Shown here in pieces: positions 1-10,700 of a stretch of DNA of 58,530 bases. The notes under the pieces were generated by a model. It worked only from the letters and a program-made list of their open reading frames with translations, had not been told where the DNA came from and did no database searches. How positions within the stretch are numbered: position 1 is the first letter of the stretch; each line of letters opens with the position of its first letter. The position numbers were made by a program, and so were the translations under genes. Origin of the DNA: a candidate division WOR-3 bacterium (lineage in GTDB: Bacteria; Hydrothermota; Tepidihabitantia; Tepidihabitantales; DTDR01); contig JANXBG010000007.1 in the NCBI GenBank assembly GCA_025060715.1, positions 1-58,530 of the forward strand, read 5' to 3'.

Positions 1-27
1 ATATTTATCAATTTACCAATCATTTAG

Positions 28-479
28 ATTTTAGCAGAGAAAGAGATAGTTATTAAAACCCAATTTAATATATATTCAAAAACTTCATTTGGGTATAATA
101 TGAATAATCTCACTTTAGAAAAATTAAAATCCTTAGGTTTAACTCATTTGGATGAAAACTCTGCTAATTTTCTAAATTGTTTATAGTTGGTAATGATTTT
201 TAAAATTGATATAAACATTTAAAGGTACGAAAATAAAAAACCTACTAAAGTAATATTTAACAAAAGAACAAATTAATTTAATTTTAAACGGGTTAAAAGG
301 ATTATAAAATCTTTGCAAAATAATCTAACCCTAATAATTATAAATAACTTATGGGAAAACAATTCACGGTATCCATTACATTCATATATTGTAGAAGTAA
401 TGGGAAAAAATAGGATATAAGTTAATACCTAAGTATTACCTTTGAATGCATTCTTGACTTTTGGAAACCACCAAAATGA
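28..479 (+). pseudogene. Decayed DNA (N4-C/N6-A) methyltransferase relic of a type II R-M system
   Basis: Fragments in shifting frames: LDENS/ANFLN (148-177, SPPY segment apparently deleted), LIIINNLWENNSRYPLHSYIVEVM (331-402), EKIGYKL (404-424), YLSITFECILDFWKPPK* (426-479). They resemble the C-terminal half of N4/N6 DNA methyltransferases from memory and lie just upstream of the endonuclease relic. Confidence 0.55.
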
Positions 480-480
480 A

Positions 481-747
481 ATAAAGAAGATGAAATGGAT
501 TAAAACGCATCCTCCTGGACCTACAGGTGTGGGAAAAACTTTAGAGGTTTTTAGGAATTGAAGAAAATAATATTTCTGATCCCCATGTTACAATGATTGA
601 GTTAAAAACTGTAAGAAAAAACTAAAAGATTATAATTACATTAAATCTGATTAATACAGAGAAAGAAATTTTAGGTTATTTTATTATATGTAAAAGCAAA
701 AACCAGAGGCAAGGCAAAGAATTTGATATAATGAAGTTTGGCTTTTA
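481..747 (+). pseudogene. Frameshifted MvaI/BcnI-family restriction endonuclease relic
   Basis: IKKMKWIKTHPPGPTGVGKTLE (481-546), frameshift, LGIEENNISDPHVTMIELKTVRKN* (551-625), then LLYVKAKTRG (681-710) and YNEVWLL (727-747). Matches the GxTLExLLGIxENN..PD..IELK pattern of the MvaI/BcnI family. Confidence 0.7.
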
Positions 748-894
748 TTTAGCCCAAAATTTCGCAGATTTCCGATTATTTGTTTTTCAAATTATTATCC
801 TTTTCACTATTTTTGTAAGGTAAAGGGACACCTCTTTAAATAAACTTCACATTTTTGTTGAAAATTTTATATAAGAATATATGCCTTAATTGTT

Positions 895-1137
895 TTGACA
901 ACAACTTTGGTATTAATTTTTAAAAAGGAATTGCCTAAATCTCTTGTTTTTCTTTTGATTATCTTATGGATACTAGTGATTATTGGTGTTATCTTTTGGT
1001 TGATAATTATTAGACCCGAAATTATTTTAAGTCCCTTAGATTTTTTAAGAGCCCTTTATGTTTTGGGAGGTCCTTTAATTTTTCTTCTTGGCTTTGTTTT
1101 GATTTGGGAGTTAATAAAATTTCTCTGGCGATTATGA
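895..1137 (+). CDS. Small hypothetical membrane protein, possibly a gene fragment
   Basis: 80-aa hydrophobic ORF with TTG start and 2-3 TM-like stretches; the frame stays open a few codons upstream. Confidence 0.4.
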   Translation: MTTTLVLIFKKELPKSLVFLLIILWILVIIGVIFWLIIIRPEIILSPLDFLRALYVLGGPLIFLLGFVLIWELIKFLWRL

Positions 1138-1145
1138 ATTTTCTA

Positions 1146-2246
1146 CTAAATAGGTATCAATTCAACAACCAGTTCTAAATTTTTTGTTTGAGGAAAGAAA
1201 TCAAAGAAAGCAACCGATTTTATTTTGTACTTGGTAAGTTCTTTAAGGTCCTTTACTAATTGATTAAGATTACAGGAGATATAGATTATCAATTCTGGTT
1301 TAATTTTATTTAAATAATTTATTGCCTTCGGATGGATACCTGCCCTTGGTGGGTCAGCAAGAACAAATAAAGGATTTTTTAAAGAGATTTCTTTTATGTT
1401 TTTATCTTCTAATAAGATAGGATAGACATTTTTGACCTTATTTATCTCACAATTCTTTTTTACTAAATTTAATGACAAGGGATGGTTATCGATGACAATT
1501 ACTGATTGGAATTTATTGCTGTTCATAATTCCAAAAACTCCCACACCACCATAGAAATCTAAGAGGTTTCCATTGGTAGTATCATATTTTTCTAAAATTT
1601 GGGCAACATATTGATGTAGTTTTTCAGTTAACTCATCATTCACTTGGAAAAATCCTTGAGAATGGAAATAAAATTCTTTTTTATTTACTATTGTATATAA
1701 CAAATCAATTCCTTTAATAACCTGGTAATTTTCCGAAACACTGACATCAGTATTTGGCGGTACCTCACAGATTATAAGATTATCAGCCGAAGTTATAAAA
1801 GCAAAGTTAGCAATAGATTTTATTGCTTCTTCTTTTTTGGGACTTTCTTGATTAATAACAATAGAAATAGTAGAGGTTAAGGCACTGCGGATTACTGCAT
1901 AGCGAAAAGTACCAATATGTTTTCTGATATCAAAGGAATCTACCTCTTTAAAAAAATCTCTTATTTCTTTTAAAAGAGTATTTATTTTTTCTTTGGCAAT
2001 TAAACAATATTCAATATCAACAAATTTATACCATTTTCCCTTTTCTCTTAAACCGATGCCATTTTTAAAAAAGGCAAAATCCATTCGGTTACGATAGTGA
2101 AAAGGTTGAGAAGGAAATACTTCTTTAATATCCGTATTGAGATATTTTTTAATCAAATCAATTTTCTTATTCAACTGCTCTTCATAAGATAAATCTTGGA
2201 AATCGCATCCGCCACATTTATTAAAATAAGGACATATTTTTTCCAT
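1146..2246 (-). CDS. RlmD/TrmA-family RNA m5U methyltransferase lacking the TRAM domain
   Basis: CPYFNKCGGC Fe-S motif, YRNRMDF, FFQVN, LDFYGGVG SAM motif, DPPRAG, YISCN catalytic Cys, DFFPQT. Confidence 0.9.
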   Translation of the reverse strand: MEKICPYFNKCGGCDFQDLSYEEQLNKKIDLIKKYLNTDIKEVFPSQPFHYRNRMDFAFFKNGIGLREKGKWYKFVDIEYCLIAKEKINTLLKEIRDFFKEVDSFDIRKHIGTFRYAVIRSALTSTISIVINQESPKKEEAIKSIANFAFITSADNLIICEVPPNTDVSVSENYQVIKGIDLLYTIVNKKEFYFHSQGFFQVNDELTEKLHQYVAQILEKYDTTNGNLLDFYGGVGVFGIMNSNKFQSVIVIDNHPLSLNLVKKNCEINKVKNVYPILLEDKNIKEISLKNPLFVLADPPRAGIHPKAINYLNKIKPELIIYISCNLNQLVKDLKELTKYKIKSVAFFDFFPQTKNLELVVELIPI

Positions 2247-2247
2247 T

Positions 2248-3141
2248 TTATCTTCGGGGATGAAAGGTATTATAAATTTGTTTTAAATACTCTTTATTTA
2301 ATTTAGTATAGATTTGGGTTGTAGAAATATTGGAATGGCCTAATAATTCTTGAACAATCCTGAGGTTCGCTCCACCTTCTAAAAGATGGGTAGCAAAAGT
2401 ATGACGAAAAGTATGGGGAGTAACTTTTTTTTCTATACCTGCTAATTTTACATATTTTTTTAGAATTTTCCAAAAACCCATTCTAGTAAGTTTTTTACCT
2501 CTCTGGTTTAAAAATAGATAAGGTGTTGATATTTCTTTTTTATTTAAAAGAGTAGGTCGCACAATATTAAGATATTCCTTTATTGCTAAAATTGCTGGCT
2601 CACCAATTGGAACAATTCTTTCTTTATTTCTTTTACCCATAACTCTTATAAACCCTTCTTCTAAATTTAAATCATTCACCTTTAAATTTAAAAGTTCGGA
2701 AATTCTAATACCAGTGGCATAAAGCAATTCAAACATTGCTTTTGTTCTGATACTTTCTTTATCTTTTTTATACTCTGTGGCATTTAGTAATTTTTCTACT
2801 TCTGAGATAGTTAACACAGTAGGTAACCTTCTTTTTACTTTTGGAAGTTCAATCTCTTCTAAAGGATTTTTTGAGATTATTCCCTCTTTATTTAAAAAAT
2901 AAAAAAAGGATTTCAAAGAAGAAATTTTTCGGGCCACTGTGGAAGAGCTTCTTTTTTTTATTATAAGATAATGAATAAAGCCTTTTATATCTTCTTCAGA
3001 AATATCTGTAAAATCTTTTTTTAACCAATTTAAAAATTCGGTTGTATCCTTTAAATAAAATTCAGAAGAGCTTTTGCTCAATTTTCTTTCTAAAAGAAGA
3101 TAAGAATGAAAACTTTCAATTAGATTATTTAAAGATATCAT
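2248..3141 (-). CDS. xerD: Site-specific tyrosine recombinase XerD
   Basis: ELLYATGIRISEL, GKRNKERIVP, TPHTFRHTFATHLLEGGANLRIVQELLGHSNISTTQIYT, terminal FHPR. Confidence 0.9.
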   Translation of the reverse strand: MISLNNLIESFHSYLLLERKLSKSSSEFYLKDTTEFLNWLKKDFTDISEEDIKGFIHYLIIKKRSSSTVARKISSLKSFFYFLNKEGIISKNPLEEIELPKVKRRLPTVLTISEVEKLLNATEYKKDKESIRTKAMFELLYATGIRISELLNLKVNDLNLEEGFIRVMGKRNKERIVPIGEPAILAIKEYLNIVRPTLLNKKEISTPYLFLNQRGKKLTRMGFWKILKKYVKLAGIEKKVTPHTFRHTFATHLLEGGANLRIVQELLGHSNISTTQIYTKLNKEYLKQIYNTFHPRR

Positions 3142-4708
3142 CTTTTGTTAAAATTGTATCTTTCTTAAAGTTTATATCATCTTTTTCTGGATGGTTAATA
3201 TTAAAATGAAGACCGCGCGATTCTTTTCTTAGACTTGCAGAATAAGCAATTAATAAACCACAGAGAATCATATTTTTCGCTTCCAAAGAAGAGATATTAA
3301 CACCTTTCTCTAAAATTTTATAGATCTCTTCTTTTAATTCATGCAACTCTTCTACAGCTGAGGTTAAATCTTTATCATTGCGAACGATTCCAACTTTATC
3401 CCACATCAATTTTTTTAACCTTTTAACTAATTCTTCAATTTTCTTATCCTCTTCACAGAGTTTTTCAACTTTTAAATTAAGGTTTTTTGGTATTCTTTTT
3501 TCTTTTAATAATTCTTTTGATTTTAAATAGGCCCTTTCGGCAAATACTAGAGATTCTAATAATGAATTGGAGGCTAGACGATTAGCACCATGCATTCCAG
3601 AACAGGCCGTTTCACCAGCGGCTAGAAGATTTTTTATGGCAGTCTCCCCATATTCATTTATTAAAATTCCTCCGCAAATATAATGCGCAGCTGGAACTAC
3701 AGGAATTGGTTGTTTAGTAATATCAATTCCAAAATTTAAACAGGTTTCGTATATGTGAGGGAAACGGGTTTTCACTTTTTCAGGATTTAGATGGGTTAGA
3801 TCTAATAGAACATATTCTTCTTTTCTCTTTTTCAATTCCCTATCAATTGCTAAAGCGACAACATCTCTGGGAGCTAAGCAGCCAAGGGGATGATATTTTT
3901 CCATAAAAGTTTTACCATCAATTGTTTTTAAAATTCCTCCCTCTCCTCTTACGGCTTCAGAAATTAGAAAGGCACGATTATTGATTTTCTTTCCAAAAAG
4001 AGAAGTAGGATGAAATTGGATAAATTCCATATTGGCAATTTTTGCTCCCTTTTCAAAAGCGATAGCAATCCCGTCACCGGTAGCGATTGGTGGATTAGTA
4101 GTGTGTAGATAAACCTGACCCAAACCACCGGTTGCTAAAAGGGTGAGATTTGATATTATTTTTATAAATTTCTTCTCTTTTTGGGACAAAGCATAGGCAC
4201 CAAAGCAGGTATTCTCTTCTACAAGAAGATTAGTAAGAAAACAATTTTCTATTATTTTAACATTTTTTTCTTTAACTTTTTTAATTAAAGTTTTTTCAAT
4301 TGCGTAACCGGTATAATCTTTCACATGAACAATCCTTCTCCGAGAATGGCCTCCTTCTTTTCCTAATTCAAATCTTAATTTACCCAAAGAATTATGATAA
4401 GTTAAAAATTCTACACCTAAATGGTATAATTCATAAACAAGCCTTGGGCCTTCTTCGCACACAATTTTAACGATATTTTCTTTTGCTAAACCTTCACCAG
4501 CTTTTATCGTATCTTCATAATGGATAGCCGGTGAATCGTCCTCTCCTAAAGCGGCAGCAATTCCACCTTGAGCATAATTTGTATTACTTTCACTACTCTC
4601 TTTTTTAGTAATTAATAAAACATTACCAAAATCAGCCATCCTGTAAGCATACCATAAACCAGCTATTCCGCTGCCAACAATTAAAACATCAGTTTTTAAA
4701 ATCTCCAT
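3125..4708 (-). CDS. nadB: L-aspartate oxidase
   Basis: GSGIAG FAD motif, SNTNYAQGGIAA, EGGHSRRRIVH, QFHPT, ISEAVRGEG, HGANRLASNSLLE, ESRGLH. Confidence 0.95.
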   Translation of the reverse strand: MEILKTDVLIVGSGIAGLWYAYRMADFGNVLLITKKESSESNTNYAQGGIAAALGEDDSPAIHYEDTIKAGEGLAKENIVKIVCEEGPRLVYELYHLGVEFLTYHNSLGKLRFELGKEGGHSRRRIVHVKDYTGYAIEKTLIKKVKEKNVKIIENCFLTNLLVEENTCFGAYALSQKEKKFIKIISNLTLLATGGLGQVYLHTTNPPIATGDGIAIAFEKGAKIANMEFIQFHPTSLFGKKINNRAFLISEAVRGEGGILKTIDGKTFMEKYHPLGCLAPRDVVALAIDRELKKRKEEYVLLDLTHLNPEKVKTRFPHIYETCLNFGIDITKQPIPVVPAAHYICGGILINEYGETAIKNLLAAGETACSGMHGANRLASNSLLESLVFAERAYLKSKELLKEKRIPKNLNLKVEKLCEEDKKIEELVKRLKKLMWDKVGIVRNDKDLTSAVEELHELKEEIYKILEKGVNISSLEAKNMILCGLLIAYSASLRKESRGLHFNINHPEKDDINFKKDTILTKDDIFK

Positions 4709-4709
4709 A

Positions 4710-5303
4710 TCAAAAATTATAACTTACCTTAAAACCGGAAGGATTAAATTCAAAGGAAATTTTTTTACTCTTACTAAGAAATAAACAGTTCAAAAAAGAA
4801 CCTAATCTTAATAGAATTGAACCTGAAAGAAAGAAAGAAGAAACCATTTTTTTATTTCTTGCTTCCCTTCTTTTTTTAAAATAATCCATTCTTAAAGAAT
4901 CATTTTCCCAGTGCCAACTATCTTTATCAAAATAACCATTCTTTTTTAAATATTCTTTCTGTTTTTCTGGGTCCTCAGGAAATTTATCGCGGGCTTCTCT
5001 TAAAACATCTTTGTTATATTCTTCACTGGAAGAATAAGTTTCTAAAAGGTTGAAATATTTTTCATTTTGTAAAGGATTTGCTTTTGCATACTGGCAGGCA
5101 AAAATTTTGGCGTTCTCATTTTCCTTTTTTGATAAGAAATTAAAGGTTTGATAAAAGGAAAGAAAAATAATATCTGAATAGATAAAATATTCACCCTTTT
5201 TCTCTTTTAAAAGTAATTCACCAGTACCAGGAATAACCAATGAAGATAAGGCATAAAATTGAGGTTTTAAACCAAAAAGATAAGAAAGTAAAAGAAGAAT
5301 CAT
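4710..5303 (-). CDS. Hypothetical protein, probably exported or membrane-associated
   Basis: 197-aa ORF coupled by ATGA overlap; hydrophobic N-terminus, SLVIPGTGE motif, aromatic C-terminus VSYNF. Confidence 0.75.
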   Translation of the reverse strand: MILLLLSYLFGLKPQFYALSSLVIPGTGELLLKEKKGEYFIYSDIIFLSFYQTFNFLSKKENENAKIFACQYAKANPLQNEKYFNLLETYSSSEEYNKDVLREARDKFPEDPEKQKEYLKKNGYFDKDSWHWENDSLRMDYFKKRREARNKKMVSSFFLSGSILLRLGSFLNCLFLSKSKKISFEFNPSGFKVSYNF

Positions 5304-7774
5304 TTTATCGCTCCTTTTAAATAAATAATTTTTTTGAAATTTTTATCTTTTTTTACAAAATAAATCCCTGTCCTTAAATTCTTTTTATAAATCTTTCCAA
5401 TTACAGAAAAAATTTCTTCCTCTTTAAAATCTAATTTAGAAATAATTTTTGTTTTTTTAATATCTTCTAAAAAAAGATAATTTTTCTTCACAATCTTAGC
5501 ATAAACATCCCATCCTTTATGTCTTCTATTATCAATCCAAGAGAAACAGAGAAAATTATTTATTGAAGAAATACTTTGAGATAAAATCCATTGGTTATTT
5601 CCAAAAAACCAATCAGGCTCATGAACCAACCGATTATTACTAATCTTATTACCAAAATAATCAAACCTTTGAGCATAAACATCCACATCACCATATCCTT
5701 TTCTAAAATCACAAAAAGTAATTACAAACTCACCATCAGCAGTAAAACTTATTGATGGAGAATATTGATCATATACGGTATGATCATCATTTACCAATAT
5801 ATTTCTACCAATCCTCTCACCATTAATTTTAAAAATTTGACAATAAATATCAGTATTACCGTTTCTTTCATCTTCCCAACTAACTACAATTATTGAATCC
5901 TTAAAAGCACAAGTAGGATAACCTTGAAAATTATTTGTTATATCATTTACTAAAATACTAGGATTATTGCCAATTTTTAAATAAATATTATATTCACCTA
6001 AACGATTATCCATCCAAGTAAATATTGGCAAAGTATCAGCAAAAGTTATAAATCCATATAATGCGTCCCCTTCATTATTATCACTTATTTTAAAATTATT
6101 ACCAATTTTATTTCCTAAGGAATCAAAAAATTGTCCATATATTGCGCCATTTTCTTCCCTGTGATCAGTCCAAATCACTAAAAATTTCCCTGTGGAAGAA
6201 CTTGCCACAATAGGCCAATCTTGAAAATTGTTATTAGTATCATCATTTATTTTAAAATTCCTACCAATTAAATTTCCAAAAGGGGTTATTATTTGACCAT
6301 AAATATCCGTGTTTCCTTTTCTCAAGGATAACCAAGCAACAAGAGCTTTATTATAGCAGTTTAATCCGAAGGATGGAAAAAAATTATAACTAACTTCACT
6401 TATTTTTTTATTGGGAATTAAAAAATTTCCTAAGGTGTCAAAAAAAGTTGCATAAATATGACACTCTTCTTTCCGCTCATCTTCCCAACAGATTCCAAAG
6501 AATTGTTGATTAGCAGAAATAAAGGGACATCTTTGATGAGAAGAAGCATAATCATTATTGATTTTAAAATTGTTACCAATTTTTATATTATTTTCATCAT
6601 AAAACTGGGCATAAATATCATCGTTTCCTTCTCTTTTATCTTGCCATAAAATTAGATGAGAATTGTTAGAAAGGGAAACAACCCAAGGAGAATTTTGAGA
6701 CAAATTAGACAAGTCATCATTAACTAATTCATTATTTCCAATTCTTATTCCTTCTTGGGTTAATCGTTGTTTATAAATATCCCAATTGCCTCTTCTTTCA
6801 CAACTAAAAGCGATAATGAAATTTCCTAAAGTGTCAGCGGAACAGCTCGGTGAATTTTGATTTGCTAATGTATTATCATCGTTGATAAGAAAATTATTAC
6901 CTATTCTTCGGTTTAAGGAATCAAAAATTTGGGCGTAGATATCCCAATTGCCATTCCTTTCATCTTCCCAGACTACTAACCAATAATTATTTTTGTTTAC
7001 GTAAATTCTTGGAGAAAATTGCCAGGCAGAAGTATTATCGTCATTAATTTTAAAATTATTGCCAATACGATTTCCATAAAAATCAAAAATCTGACAGTAT
7101 ATATCCCAATTACCATTTCTCCCATCCTCCCAAAGGATTATAAATTGACCATTACTTTTTACCCCAATGCTTGCTGAATATTGCCAAGCAAATCCGATAG
7201 GATCATCATTAACTCGTAAATTATTACCTATTTTATTACCATTTTCGTCAAAAATTTGTAGATAAATATCTCCATAATCATTTCGCCAATCTTCCCAAAC
7301 GATTACAAATTTTCTATTTGGTAGGAAGGCTATTGATACCCCTCTTTGGTCTTGGGAAGTATTGTCATCATTTGCTTTCCGATTATTGAAAAGCCTGTTT
7401 CCTAAAGAATCATAAATTTGATAATAAATATCAGAATTACAATTTCTTCTATCTTCCCAAGCAACCGCAATTCGGTTATCAAAAAACGCAACTGCTGGTT
7501 CACCTTTCCATCTTAAACCTCCATCATCACTTACCCTTTCTTCTTCCATTAATCTTTGACCATTCAAATTAAGAATTAAAAAGTAGGGAGAGGAGTTGCC
7601 ATCTCGGAAATCACTAAAGGTAATTGCTATTCTTCCTCCCCAGGAGATACCTTTTGGTAGTTCCTGAGTTGCGCCACCTATATTATCATCGTTTATCAAA
7701 AAATCATTTCTAATAATTGAATCCCTTATCTCTCCTTTCAAGTATAAAATTAATAAAATTAACAAAAGTCTCAT
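5300..7774 (-). CDS. Secreted 14-repeat (probable beta-propeller) protein with short T9SS-like C-terminal tail
   Basis: Signal peptide MRLLLILLILYL; 14 repeats of about 56 aa with consensus WEDxRxGNxDIYxQxFDxxGNxIGNNFxINDD; tail LRTGIYFVKK..KKIIYLK. Confidence 0.85.
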   Translation of the reverse strand: MRLLLILLILYLKGEIRDSIIRNDFLINDDNIGGATQELPKGISWGGRIAITFSDFRDGNSSPYFLILNLNGQRLMEEERVSDDGGLRWKGEPAVAFFDNRIAVAWEDRRNCNSDIYYQIYDSLGNRLFNNRKANDDNTSQDQRGVSIAFLPNRKFVIVWEDWRNDYGDIYLQIFDENGNKIGNNLRVNDDPIGFAWQYSASIGVKSNGQFIILWEDGRNGNWDIYCQIFDFYGNRIGNNFKINDDNTSAWQFSPRIYVNKNNYWLVVWEDERNGNWDIYAQIFDSLNRRIGNNFLINDDNTLANQNSPSCSADTLGNFIIAFSCERRGNWDIYKQRLTQEGIRIGNNELVNDDLSNLSQNSPWVVSLSNNSHLILWQDKREGNDDIYAQFYDENNIKIGNNFKINNDYASSHQRCPFISANQQFFGICWEDERKEECHIYATFFDTLGNFLIPNKKISEVSYNFFPSFGLNCYNKALVAWLSLRKGNTDIYGQIITPFGNLIGRNFKINDDTNNNFQDWPIVASSSTGKFLVIWTDHREENGAIYGQFFDSLGNKIGNNFKISDNNEGDALYGFITFADTLPIFTWMDNRLGEYNIYLKIGNNPSILVNDITNNFQGYPTCAFKDSIIVVSWEDERNGNTDIYCQIFKINGERIGRNILVNDDHTVYDQYSPSISFTADGEFVITFCDFRKGYGDVDVYAQRFDYFGNKISNNRLVHEPDWFFGNNQWILSQSISSINNFLCFSWIDNRRHKGWDVYAKIVKKNYLFLEDIKKTKIISKLDFKEEEIFSVIGKIYKKNLRTGIYFVKKDKNFKKIIYLKGAIK

Positions 7775-10700
7775 TTCACAATGCCAAATTTATAGTATCT
7801 TACTTCTTTTGTATCAGAAAAACTAATTTCTAATTTTAAAAGATAAACACCGCTTTTAAACTTTTTAATATCAATCTCATATTCATTATCAATCACTTTT
7901 ATGTTCTTTATTTTTCTTTCTAATAATTTCTTAAAGGAGAAATCATAAATTTCAATTTTTGCTTCAATCGCTTCTTTTGTGGTTTTAAATCGTAAATATC
8001 CTCTTTGGTCATTGATTGTAATCGGATTAGGATAAACATAAAAATAATTGATAAGAGATTTATTAGAAATTGCCTCTTTTTCTAATTTTTTTAAAATTCT
8101 TCCATCCCTTTCGGTTGTTGATAATTTTGTCTGCCAAAATATATCTTTCTCTTTTCCAAAAGTATTATATACATATAAATATCTATCCTCAGTAGTTAAA
8201 ATTAATTCAATCAAGGAATCATTATCTAAATCGGTAATAAAAGGAACAGTTTTTATTCCTCCGGTAGTAAATAATCTTTGCTGATTATTTATAGAAACAC
8301 CAAAATTCGGAAGACCAGCAAAGATATCGCAAATTTCGTTACCATCAAAATCACCGATAATTGGCGAAGTATAAAAATAAAAGGGTATTTCTTCATAAAA
8401 AAGATAGCCGTTTAAAATTATTTCTTTAAGATAAATAGAATCAAAAATAATTGGAAAGTTTTCGATTAAGGTAAGATTATAATTAAAAGCAAAAATTTTA
8501 TTTTTGCTGAAAGTTATAATATCATAATTTTTATCGTTGTTCACATCACCAATTGCTATATAAGAAAAAGCAGGATATTCCATAATTTCTTTGGAAGAAT
8601 ACTTAATATCTCCTTCCGGAGAGATAATAAATAATTTATAATTTAAGTTAATGGGAACTAATAAAAGAATCTCTTTATTTTTATCATTATCAAAATCAAA
8701 AACTATTGGAGAAGAAGGAGAAGAAAAAGGAGAATAGGAGAGAGAAATTGGAAAACCATTTTTCATTCTTCCTTCAAAAGATACCAAATGCAATTGATTA
8801 TTATCAGTAAGAATAACAATGTAAGAATCACAAATAGCCGGTGTTAATTTTATTTTTCCGATAAGTTTTATTGGAAAATTCTCTTTTATTCTTCCTTCCC
8901 CATTAATTATATATAAATATCCTTTTTCTGTTCCAACAATGATTTCTTTTTTGTTATTATTATCGATATCATATAGCAATACTTCGCTTTTTATTTCACC
9001 ATTTAAAAACAGATCAAAGAGGACATTACCAAAAGCATCAATAACAACTATTCGTTCGTAGGAAATAACCACAATTTCTAACATACTATCACCCGTAATA
9101 TCACCTATAGATAAATCTGAGGTTATCTCTAAAGGTAATTGACAAAGAATTTCATATCCCAAATAAGGTTCTCCATTGGGTTCGTAAGCATAAATTATTC
9201 CCGTTGAGCAAGGAACAATTACTTCTTTTATTCCATCACAATTTAAGTCCTTTCCTAAAGGAGATAATAAAGGTTCGGAAAAATTTCTTATCAATTCCTT
9301 CTTTAACAATTTGTTTTTAAAAGAAAAATACATAATTGTTTCTGGTTCAGAATGGATATAAAATTGGTAATAAGTTTTCCCATAATAACCATCGCTACTA
9401 GGAGAAGTATTTTCGGTTAGGCTATCTAAAAAACCGCCTTTAAAAAAAGGGTCATATTTAGAACCGACCATCTCATAATAATCTTGATAAATAAATTTAT
9501 CAAAATCCTGAATTCCGTCAGCTTCTACTAAATCAACCCCTTTATGAGAAGGATTGATATTTATGGCATTATAGGGTCCGTATTCCCTAATTATTTTTTC
9601 ATCAATATGCCAGATTAAAATTCCGCTTCCAGCCAGGAAAAAATCATATTCACCGTCTTCAACACCAATAACAACCCCATTTTCTCTTTTAACAACAATC
9701 GTATCTTTTTTACGTATATCTGTTTGACGATTTTCAATCAAAAAATATTCATCTTCAGAAATAGGAATTTTATAAATAAAAGTTAAAGTTTCTCTTTCAG
9801 AAAATAATAAAGAGTCCATACACATTGTAAAACAAGCCAAATTATTAGTTGATAAATTAACAACTTTGGGTTCTACAAAACCAAATAAAATTTTATGAAA
9901 AGGATCAAGAGAAGAAGGAATTGTTCCTGGTGGGCAATCATGACTACCAAGCCAACCGCCATATCCCATTAAACTCCAGCCACCAACTCCCATAGAATGC
10001 CCGGTAACGTCATATAAATCATAACCACCGAGAGGATGAACAAACTCATGGGCAAGAAGCCCCAGCATCCCCATCATTCCGTAATAATTAATCCCTCCTT
10101 CATATAAAGTATCCTGCCTTGTCATTTCGGGCAAAATACAGGCAATATCAATTCTTTTTTTACCATTGTCAACTTCAATATAGGGTTTTCCTAAATAATA
10201 TTCTAAGGCTTCACTGTTAATTGTGGCTGCCCATAAATCAAAAGGCGAATTTTCTTTTATATCAGTTTGGGCACAAGAGCCAGCATGAAAAATTATAAAA
10301 TAGTCATAATCACTAAAATTAATATTAGTATCTTGGTCAGCAATAGTAAAAGCATCTTCCATTAATCGACACAATCCCATTTCTACTCCCCGAAAATCGT
10401 AATTGGGCCATTTCCACATAGTATCACCATAATATTTCATTTCGTATGGTAATTGATAGGCATCTAAAACTCCCTCTGGCATTACTTTAAATTCAATATG
10501 AAGCTTTCCTAAGGAATTATGCCAAAAATAATTTCTTAGTCCTAATAAAAGATTTTCAAAATATTTCTTAGTATGGGGAGGGTCATAATAAAGTCCATCT
10601 TCTTCGGTTAAAAATCCTTTTAAATCCATTTTTCCATTTCCAGTAGTTAAAGTATCGTTATCTTCTTTAAATTCTACTCTAATTGCTAATACTCTTATCG

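Noticed and set aside
2248-3141. Tyrosine recombinase as a mobile-element integrase
   Set aside because: Housekeeping XerD signature, embedded in an operon with nadB, and no att repeats seen.
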